Assembly (NCBI GenBank): GCA_902477755.1
Contig: CABSIK010000003.1
Span: forward strand, 148,912 to 212,911
Reading direction: 5' to 3'
Length of the DNA: 64,000 nt
From: an uncultured Clostridia bacterium
GTDB taxonomy: Bacteria; Bacillota; Clostridia; Lachnospirales; Anaerotignaceae
Shown: one piece after another, positions 19,432 to 26,455 of the stretch
Numbering within the stretch: position 1 is the stretch's first letter
Layout of the letters: the number at the start of each line of letters is the position of its first letter
Notes under the pieces: model-generated
What the model was told of the DNA's origin: nothing
The model's input: only the letters and a program-made list of their open reading frames with translations
Database searches by the model: none
Translations under genes and position numbers: made by a program

Positions 19432-20613
19432 TTACGCTTCTTCCTGTGTTTCTTCTACAGAAATTCCTTCTTCTGCTGCTGTTTTCACAGCTTCTGCGGA
19501 TTCTTCCATGATTTCTGTCATTTCTTCTGCCGCGTCTTCTGTTTCTTCTACAGGATCTTCAGCCAGGAAGTTTGTTTCTCTTGCCTGTGTTTCGCTCTTG
19601 ATGTCGATTCTCCAACCTGTCAGTTTTGCAGACAGTCTTGCGTTCTGGCCTTCTTTACCGATGGCCAGAGACAGCTGATGGTCAGGCACAACGATTTTTG
19701 CGCTCTGTTCTGCTTCGTTGATGGCAACTGCCAGAACTTTGGAAGGGCTCAAAGCCGCTGCGATGAATTCCTTGGGATCTTCGCTCCAGTTGATCACGTC
19801 GATCTTTTCGCCGCCCAGTTCGTTTACGATAACGTTTACACGATAGCCGTTCTGACCAACACATGCGCCCAGAGCGTCCACGTTTTCATCTTTGGAGTAA
19901 ACAGCAATTTTTGTTCTGCTGCCTGCTTCTCTGGCAATGCTCTTGATTTCAACAGTACCGTCATGCACTTCAGGCACTTCCTGTTCAAAAAGACGTTTTA
20001 CCAGTTCGGGATGTGTTCTGGAAACATAGATCTGAGGGCCCTTGGGTGTCTGTTTTACTTCCAGCACATATACTTTGATGCGATCCATGAAATTATACTG
20101 TTCGCCGGGAATCTGTTCGTTGGCAGCCAGCACCGCATCAATTTTGCCCATCTGTACGATGATATTTCTTCTTTCTTTTCTCTGTACAATAGCGGTCACT
20201 ACTTCACGTTCTTTTGTGATGTACTGATTGTAGAGGATTTCTCTTTCCGCTTCTCTGAATTTCTGTACAACCACCTGTTTTGCTGTCTGGGCAGCCACAC
20301 GGCCGAAGTCTCTGGGTGTTACTTCCAGATCTACAGTGTCACCAATCTGATAGCTGGGGTTCAGGATTCTTGCTGCCATCAGGTCGATTTCGTTCTGTTC
20401 ATCCATAACTTCTTCCACAACTTCACGCTGTGCGTAGCAGGCAACATTGCCTGTTTCTCTGTCAATAACAACTTTGATGTTCTGGTTGGAACCAAAGTTC
20501 TTTTTGCAAGCGGAAACCAGAGATGCTTCAATGGCTTCGAAAATGATTTCCTTGTCAATGCCTTTTTCTTTTTCAATCAAATGCAGTGCTTCGATAAATT
20601 CTGCTCTATCCAT
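19432..20613 (-). CDS. nusA: transcription termination/antitermination factor NusA
   Basis: 393 aa. N-terminal domain, S1 and two KH domains (GACVGQNGYRVNVIVNELGGEKIDVI). Confidence 0.95.
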   Translation of the reverse strand: MDRAEFIEALHLIEKEKGIDKEIIFEAIEASLVSACKKNFGSNQNIKVVIDRETGNVACYAQREVVEEVMDEQNEIDLMAARILNPSYQIGDTVDLEVTPRDFGRVAAQTAKQVVVQKFREAEREILYNQYITKEREVVTAIVQRKERRNIIVQMGKIDAVLAANEQIPGEQYNFMDRIKVYVLEVKQTPKGPQIYVSRTHPELVKRLFEQEVPEVHDGTVEIKSIAREAGSRTKIAVYSKDENVDALGACVGQNGYRVNVIVNELGGEKIDVINWSEDPKEFIAAALSPSKVLAVAINEAEQSAKIVVPDHQLSLAIGKEGQNARLSAKLTGWRIDIKSETQARETNFLAEDPVEETEDAAEEMTEIMEESAEAVKTAAEEGISVEETQEEA

Positions 20614-20635
20614 TTTTCCTATTCCTCCCTTATCC

Positions 20636-21100
20636 TCAGAAAATAACAGCTAACCGCACATCAGCGGTATCTTTTTGTACAAATTCGCGAACAGTGCCGT
20701 CCTCTTCTTCCAAAGAAATGACGCCGTTGTTCAATCCCAGCAGTTTGCCCTGAAATTGTTTCTGTCCGTCTACAGCCTTATAGAGCTTTACATCAATGAT
20801 TTCTCCCTGGAATCTGATGAAATCCGCATCCTTTTTCAAAGGACGGTCGATACCGGGAGAGCTTACTTCCAGCACATAAGCCTGCTCGATGGGGTCATTT
20901 TCATCCAACTTTGCTTCCAGCGCACGGCTGACAGCTTCGCAGTCATCAATGGAAACACCGCCTTCTTTGTCGATATACACACGCAGATACCAGTTCGCGC
21001 CTTCCTTTACAAATTCCAAATCCACCAGTTCCAGACCTCTTTCTGCCACAATGGGTTCCAAAAGAGGCATTACTTTCTTTTCTGTATTGCTCTTTGCCAT
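20636..21100 (-). CDS. rimP: ribosome maturation factor RimP
   Basis: ORF 20636..21154 trimmed to ATG 21100 (GAGGTGAAAAA ATG). LEVSSPGIDRPLKK motif. Confidence 0.9.
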   Translation of the reverse strand: MAKSNTEKKVMPLLEPIVAERGLELVDLEFVKEGANWYLRVYIDKEGGVSIDDCEAVSRALEAKLDENDPIEQAYVLEVSSPGIDRPLKKDADFIRFQGEIIDVKLYKAVDGQKQFQGKLLGLNNGVISLEEEDGTVREFVQKDTADVRLAVIF

Positions 21101-21124
21101 TTTTTCACCTCGTATATATTTTTG

Positions 21125-21163
21125 CCTAAGCAACAACAAAGAGTGGGCTTTCACCCACTCTTT
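21125..21163 (-). promoter_or_regulatory. terminator-like hairpin in the rimP-nusA-infB leader (candidate attenuator)
   Basis: Minus strand AAAGAGUGGG-UGAAAG-CCCACUCUUU followed by GUUGUUGCUU. Lies between the predicted promoter (21194..21222) and the rimP SD. Confidence 0.4.
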
Positions 21164-21193
21164 TCTCTGCCATTTCCGCTTGTTACTGTTGTT

Positions 21194-21222
21194 AGTATAC
21201 CATTTTTTCGTACCTTATGCAA
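21194..21222 (-). promoter_or_regulatory. sigma-70-like promoter of the rimP operon
   Basis: Minus strand TTGCAT (21222..21217), 17 nt spacer, TATACT (21199..21194) preceded by TGG (extended -10). Confidence 0.55.
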
Positions 21223-21339
21223 GTATTTTTCCTTTTTTTCCCGAAAAATCAAGGAATTTGCCCCTGAGATGAAAAAACATTGTCTATTGTTTCCACCCCC
21301 TTTCCTGTGATATGATAGAGGTCAAAGGAGGGTTCATTC

Positions 21340-22533
21340 TTGAAAAGACATGATATTTTCACCATACACGCAGCACCTTTTTACGCTTACCGCAAACAGG
21401 TGATTCTGCGTCAAGCACAGAAATTGAAACAGGTTTTTCCTGATTTTGAAATATTATATTCCATCAAAACCAATCCATTCTTCCCCATTTTGCAGACTGT
21501 TTCCGAATTCGGTCTGGGCGCCGATGCTGCCTCTGCCAAAGAAGTGGCTGAAAGCCGCCGCGCAGGGATTCCCTCAGAAAAAATCTATTTTTCCGCACCC
21601 GGTAAAACACGGGATGAATTGGAGGATGTTATTGGGCGCTGTCACATCATTGCCGACAGTTTCCATGAACTTGACCTGTGCAACCGTCTGGCACAGGAAA
21701 AACACGCTGTTCTGCCCATTGGCATCCGCATCAATCCGGCTTTTTCCATGGAAGGAACGGAAGGAGGTCCTTCCCAATTCGGCATTGATGAAGAACAACT
21801 TCTTTCTCCACATGCATTCGATGATTTCCCTGCTCTGCGTCCTACAGGAATCCATGTACATATCCAGTCTCAGGTTCTGGATGTTGACCAGCTGGTTACC
21901 TATTATGCCCATGTGCTGACATTGGCTCTGCGTCTGGAGCATCTTTGGGACACCAAACTTTCTTATATCAATTTCGGCAGCGGGCTAGGCATCGTCTATG
22001 ACCCGGATACCCAAGCACCTTTGGATTTAGATGCCCTGCAAAAAAAGGTATCTACGGTTTTTGATGCATTCCGACCTCGCTTGCAGGCAAAATTCCTGCT
22101 GGAAAGCGGACGTTTTCTGGTTGGCGAAAGCGGTGTCTATGTGACAGAAATCATGGACATCAAAATTTCCAGAGGAAAAACATATTATATTGTAAAAAAT
22201 GGTACCAACGGCTTTTTCCGTCCTGTCCTGAAGGAATTGATGACAAAAGACCAGCATATACCGACACCTGCGGAACCTTTTTACACCTGTTCGAATATCT
22301 CACAGGTAACACTGCTGGCTGACCGGGAAGGCACAGAAACCGTAGATATTGTAGGCGGTCTTTGCAGCCGTTATGATCTTCTGGCATCCAATGTGACACT
22401 GCCCAGAGCGGAAGTAGGTGACCGCCTGCTGTTCACAAACGCCGGCAGTTACGGTTATACCCTATCCCCTTTGCTCTTTGGTTCCCAAACACCGCCAGAC
22501 CAACTTTGGCTGGAACACGAAATAGAAATCTAA
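21340..22533 (+). CDS. fold-type III PLP-dependent decarboxylase (Orn/DAP/Arg decarboxylase family 2), substrate unknown
   Basis: 397 aa. TTG start 7 nt after AAGGAGGG. YSIKTNP (PLP lysine), GADAAS, SQFGID and a C-terminal GGLCSRYD. A -10 TATGAT with upstream TGA at 21311..21316. Confidence 0.75.
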   Translation: MKRHDIFTIHAAPFYAYRKQVILRQAQKLKQVFPDFEILYSIKTNPFFPILQTVSEFGLGADAASAKEVAESRRAGIPSEKIYFSAPGKTRDELEDVIGRCHIIADSFHELDLCNRLAQEKHAVLPIGIRINPAFSMEGTEGGPSQFGIDEEQLLSPHAFDDFPALRPTGIHVHIQSQVLDVDQLVTYYAHVLTLALRLEHLWDTKLSYINFGSGLGIVYDPDTQAPLDLDALQKKVSTVFDAFRPRLQAKFLLESGRFLVGESGVYVTEIMDIKISRGKTYYIVKNGTNGFFRPVLKELMTKDQHIPTPAEPFYTCSNISQVTLLADREGTETVDIVGGLCSRYDLLASNVTLPRAEVGDRLLFTNAGSYGYTLSPLLFGSQTPPDQLWLEHEIEI

Positions 22534-22577
22534 AGAAATGCCGGATTTCTTTCTACACTAAATTTCCTTTCACCTAT

Positions 22578-22690
22578 GTTTCATAAAAACAAATCTGCCC
22601 ATTCTAATATAGCCGACATCCTTGAAACAAAAAGGATGCTGGCTATATTTATTTTGCAGGATTTTATCATGTGTGTTTTCTTTAGGGAAG
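22578..22690 (+). repeat. nested-palindrome intergenic repeat, copy B1 (diverged)
   Basis: Left arm GTTTCATAAAAACAAA, inner hairpin AGCCGACATCC-N12-GGATGCTGGCT, tail ATATTTATTTTGCAGGATTTTATCAT, right arm GTGTTTTCTTTAGGGAAG. Confidence 0.6.
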
Positions 22691-22699
22691 ACTGCTTTC

Positions 22700-22808
22700 G
22701 GGGCATCTTCATAAGAAAACAAAGAAAGCCAAAGTCCTTATCATGACAAAGGATTTTGGCTTTCTTATTTTATTAAGATTTTATTTATTATGTTTTCTTA
22801 AGGGGAAC
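22700..22808 (+). repeat. nested-palindrome intergenic repeat, copy B2 (complete)
   Basis: GGGGCATCTTCATAAGAAAACAAAGAAAGCCAAAGTCC-N13-GGATTTTGGCTTTCTTATTTTATTAAGATTTTATTTATTATGTTTTCTTAAGGGGAAC. The left and right arms are mutually complementary. Confidence 0.75.
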
Positions 22809-22843
22809 TTTCTTTCTCTATCTTTTTATTTTCTGATTTGAAC

Positions 22844-22880
22844 AAAAAAGCAGAGAGAATCTTTTAAAATCCTCTCCGCC
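22844..22880 (-). terminator. intrinsic terminator of the amino-acid ABC operon
   Basis: Minus strand GCGGAGAGGAUU...GAUUCUCUCUGC followed by UUUUUUG. The two A/C mismatches on the plus strand become G-U pairs on the minus-strand RNA, which supports minus orientation. Confidence 0.6.
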
Positions 22881-22934
22881 TGATTTGCGTTATACTGTTT
22901 TTTGTATTTATGTGGTTGGCCTTACGAATCGTTC

Positions 22935-23663
22935 TTACAGTACTTTGTTCAGGAAATCCTGTGTTCTCTTGTTTTGAGGATTGCCGAAAACTTCTTCCGG
23001 TGTTCCTTCTTCTACGATATAACCGCCGTCCATAAATACGACACGGTCTGCCACTTCACGGGCGAAGCCCATTTCGTGGGTTACAACCACCATGGTCATG
23101 CCTTCAGCAGCCAGCTGCTTCATAACTTCCAGTACTTCCCCTACCATTTCAGGGTCCAGAGCGGAAGTAGGTTCGTCAAAAAGCATAATGTCTGGTTCCA
23201 TAGCCAATGCACGGGCAATAGCCACACGCTGCTGCTGACCGCCGGAAAGACTTGCAGGATATACATTTGCTTTTTCCAGCAGACCTACACGTTCCAGAAG
23301 TCTTTTTGCTTTTTCTTCCGCCTGTTCCTTTGTCATGCGTTTTCTGTCTACAGGAGCCAGCATAATGTTCTGGATAACAGACAGATGAGGGAACAGATTG
23401 AACTGCTGGAATACCATACCGATGTTCTCGCGGATTTTGTTGATATCGGATGTCTTAGCCATCAAATCATAATCATCTACGATGATCACACCGCCAGTGG
23501 GTTCTTCCAGTTTATTCAGACAGCGCAGGAAGGTACTTTTACCGGAACCGGAAGGCCCGATGAGGCAAACCACTTCACCTTCTTTGACTTCCATGTTGAT
23601 GTCCTTGAGAACCTCCAGACTGCCAAAGTTTTTCTTCAGGTTTTCAACTTTTACCTTAATCAA
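22935..23663 (-). CDS. polar amino-acid ABC transporter ATP-binding protein
   Basis: 242 aa. Walker [10 protein letters not shown], signature [15 protein letters not shown], Walker [12 protein letters not shown]. Confidence 0.9.
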   Translation of the reverse strand: MIKVKVENLKKNFGSLEVLKDINMEVKEGEVVCLIGPSGSGKSTFLRCLNKLEEPTGGVIIVDDYDLMAKTSDINKIRENIGMVFQQFNLFPHLSVIQNIMLAPVDRKRMTKEQAEEKAKRLLERVGLLEKANVYPASLSGGQQQRVAIARALAMEPDIMLFDEPTSALDPEMVGEVLEVMKQLAAEGMTMVVVTHEMGFAREVADRVVFMDGGYIVEEGTPEEVFGNPQNKRTQDFLNKVL

Positions 23664-24334
23664 TTTGCCAGCCTCCTCTCAAGCAGTTTAAACAGTTTTG
23701 TCAAAATAACAACCAGTACATAGTACCATACGGCAACAACAGCATAGGTTTCGAAACCGCGGAAGTTACCGGAAACGATCTGGTTACTCTGACGCATCAA
23801 TTCTGCTACACCGATAACAGACAGAATGGATGTATCCTTCAGTGTAATAATGAACTGGTTTGTTACAGAAGGAATGACGATACGGAACGCCTGTGGCAGG
23901 ATAACTTTACGCATAGCCACGCCATGAGGCAGCCCCAGACTGCGTGCCGCTTCCATCTGACCTTTGTTGATGGCTTTGATACCGCTTCTGAAGATTTCAG
24001 ATAAATACGCACCGGCATTGAGCATCAATACGATGATGGACGCGCTGAAAGAAGAAATTCTGAATCCCAGCGCACCAGTGATACCGAAGTAAATAAACAT
24101 GGCCTGTACCATCAGAGGTGTACCACGAATGATACTCAGATAGGCACCAGACAGTTTATTTAAGATTTTGACCTTGGAAATAGAGAAGAAGCAGGAAATC
24201 AAACCTACCACAATCCCTAAGATCAAGGAACAGACAGTCATACTTGCCGTCATTTTCAGCCCTTCAAACAATCTGGGGGCGATAGATACGGCATAGTTTA
24301 AAAAATTAAGTATTGCATTTAAAAACTCACCCAT
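23660..24334 (-). CDS. polar amino-acid ABC transporter permease (His/Glu/Gln/Arg/opine family)
   Basis: 224 aa. [25 protein letters not shown] loop. Stop overlaps the ATPase start. Confidence 0.9.
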   Translation of the reverse strand: MGEFLNAILNFLNYAVSIAPRLFEGLKMTASMTVCSLILGIVVGLISCFFSISKVKILNKLSGAYLSIIRGTPLMVQAMFIYFGITGALGFRISSFSASIIVLMLNAGAYLSEIFRSGIKAINKGQMEAARSLGLPHGVAMRKVILPQAFRIVIPSVTNQFIITLKDTSILSVIGVAELMRQSNQIVSGNFRGFETYAVVAVWYYVLVVILTKLFKLLERRLAN

Positions 24335-24392
24335 AAGGCACTTCTCCCAACTAAATTACAAAAAATTTTTCGGATATTCCTATCCAATGGCG

Positions 24393-24418
24393 CAAGCCTC
24401 GGCAAAAGCCGGGGCTTG
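24393..24418 (-). other. GC-rich intercistronic hairpin between the binding-protein and permease genes
   Basis: CAAGCCTCGGC-AAAA-GCCGGGGCTTG, an 11-bp stem with one wobble on the minus RNA and no U-tract. Confidence 0.4.
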
Positions 24419-24432
24419 GTCAAAAGCATTCA

Positions 24433-25206
24433 TTATTCCTGAATGTATGTTGCCAGAATTTCGTCATATTTGCCGCTTTCTTTCAGGTTCGCAAGACCTG
24501 CGTTGAACATTTCCAGCAGTTCTGCGTTTTCACCTTTGTTTACAGCGAAACCATAGGAGCTGCCCTGTTCTTTTTCTGTTACCATTTTCAGACCAACACC
24601 CTGTGTGATTGCATAGCCCATTACAGGATAGTCTTCGAAACAAGCAACAGAGTTACCAGCGTTTACATCCATGTACATTGCATTGGAATCATCGAATGTT
24701 ACTGTTGTGAAACCATACTGATCTTTGATTTTTTCTGCAAATGCCTGACCTTCTGTACCAATCTTAACTGCTACTTTCTGACCAGCCAGATCTTCATAGC
24801 TCTTGATTGTTTCGTTGTCAGCTTTTACACCCATAACAACACCGCTGTCGAAGTAGGGTTCAGAGAAATCAAATTTTTCTTTTCTATCATCTGTGATGCT
24901 CATACCAGCGATAACGCCGTCAACCTGACCAGCTTCCAGAGCCTGTACTGCTGCGTTGAAGCCCAGAGAGTTGAATTCTACTGTGAAGCCCTGATCTTCT
25001 GCGATTGCGTTCATCAGGTCGATGTCGATACCAACAAAGTCACCTGCGTCTGTTGTGAATTCAAAAGGCGCAAATGTTGTATCTGTACCGATCACATAAG
25101 TTTTTCCGGTTTCGCTTTCTGCGGAATCAGTACCGCCGCAAGCTGCCAAACCAAACACCATTGTCAGTGCCATTGCTGTTGCTGCAAATTTCTTGAATAA
25201 ACTCAT
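24433..25206 (-). CDS. amino-acid ABC transporter substrate-binding lipoprotein
   Basis: 257 aa. Signal peptide with lipobox LAAC and an SBP_bac_3-like body (GIDIDLMNAIAEDQGF...). Confidence 0.9.
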   Translation of the reverse strand: MSLFKKFAATAMALTMVFGLAACGGTDSAESETGKTYVIGTDTTFAPFEFTTDAGDFVGIDIDLMNAIAEDQGFTVEFNSLGFNAAVQALEAGQVDGVIAGMSITDDRKEKFDFSEPYFDSGVVMGVKADNETIKSYEDLAGQKVAVKIGTEGQAFAEKIKDQYGFTTVTFDDSNAMYMDVNAGNSVACFEDYPVMGYAITQGVGLKMVTEKEQGSSYGFAVNKGENAELLEMFNAGLANLKESGKYDEILATYIQE

Positions 25207-25281
25207 TGTAATTCCTCCCTTTTTATCTTCATTGAAACATATTTATGGTATGCCCGTACATCTAAAACGCACCGGCGCATA

Positions 25282-25935
25282 TCAGTCCTTTTGATCCAGC
25301 ATAGCCACCAGAGAACTGGTTCCCAGTCGTTCTGCCCCAAGTTCCAGAAATTTCTCCGCGTCCGCAACACTTTTGATGCCGCCTGCCGCTTTGATTTTGG
25401 TACCGGGCTGTACATGCTTGGCAAACAGTTCCACATCCGCAAATGTGGCGCCGCCGCCGGCAAATCCCGTGCTTGTCTTGATGTATTCTGCCTCGGAACG
25501 GCTGACTACATCGCACATACGGATTTTTTCTTCATCTGTCAGCAGACAGGTTTCTACAATCACTTTCAATATCCTGCCCTGACAGGCTTCTTTCACTGCG
25601 TTAATTTCTTCCAGAACCTTCTGGTCTTTTCCATCTTTGACCCAGCCGATATTGATCACCATATCAATTTCATCTGCGCCCTTTGCGATGGCATCTTTTG
25701 TTTCTGCCACTTTCACCGCTGTGGTCTGATACCCATTGGGAAAACCAATGACTGTACAAACTGCCAAACGACCTTTCAAATATGCCGCCGCATCCGCTAC
25801 ATAAGAAGGCGGAATACAGACAGAAGCTGTCTTATGGGACAAGCCCTCGTCACAGATCCGCTGGATATCTGCCCATGTGGCACTCTGCTTCAGCATGGTA
25901 TGATCTACATGTGAAAGAATGAAATCCTTTTGCAT
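25282..25935 (-). CDS. deoC: deoxyribose-phosphate aldolase
   Basis: 217 aa. DHTMLK, VIGFPNG and the Schiff-base lysine context IKTSTGF. Confidence 0.9.
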   Translation of the reverse strand: MQKDFILSHVDHTMLKQSATWADIQRICDEGLSHKTASVCIPPSYVADAAAYLKGRLAVCTVIGFPNGYQTTAVKVAETKDAIAKGADEIDMVINIGWVKDGKDQKVLEEINAVKEACQGRILKVIVETCLLTDEEKIRMCDVVSRSEAEYIKTSTGFAGGGATFADVELFAKHVQPGTKIKAAGGIKSVADAEKFLELGAERLGTSSLVAMLDQKD

Positions 25936-25973
25936 ATATACATCCTCTTTTCATCTGTTATACATACTTAGCC

Positions 25974-26002
25974 ATTATAACACAAAATGAAACACACAAC
26001 AA
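25974..26002 (-). promoter_or_regulatory. sigma-70-like promoter of deoC
   Basis: Minus strand TTGTTG, 17 nt spacer, TATAAT (25979..25974) with upstream TGT (extended -10). The SD GAGGA lies 7 nt before ATG 25935. Confidence 0.45.
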
Positions 26003-26342
26003 TACAGAAAATTTTATCAATTTCCAAAACTTTTTTCTATAGATTCGCGATTATTATTAAAATTTCACATATTTTTAAATCACCTTTGGTTTTGACCGAA
26101 AATTTCATCCTTTTTGCAAAGGCGCAAATGTCAGCACTTTGAAAATCTTAACATTTTGTTGATGCAAAAAATTTATGAATCCGGGCTATTTTTTCAAATT
26201 TCTCAACACTTTTGCATATAAACGAAAATTCATGAATAAAAATACATTTAATTTTTTCGAAAGTTTTTCTACGCTTTATAAGCCACATCATACGAGAATA
26301 GATTGGTATTTTTTTTATTTCTTTGAAAATTTCCAATACCAT

Positions 26343-26414
26343 TAAAATAAGATAGCCGAAACCCTCTATACCAAAAGGATTCCGGCTATTTTTATTTTCT
26401 TATGAAGCAGCTTC
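26343..26414 (-). repeat. nested-palindrome intergenic repeat, copy C (reverse orientation; left arm plus inner hairpin)
   Basis: Minus strand GAAGCTGCTTCATAAGAAAATAAAAATAGCCGGAATCC-N13-GGTTTCGGCTATCTTATTTT. Lies 40 nt downstream of the purL stop. Confidence 0.6.
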
Positions 26415-26455
26415 TAAATGCCCAATTTACCTTTTTTAAGTATCATTGAAAAGGC

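Noticed and set aside
26148-26342. 64-aa Lys-rich ORF in the AT-rich spacer
   Set aside because: It has no SD, its composition is dictated by AT-rich DNA, and it overlaps the repeated GAAAATTT motifs. It is more likely non-coding.
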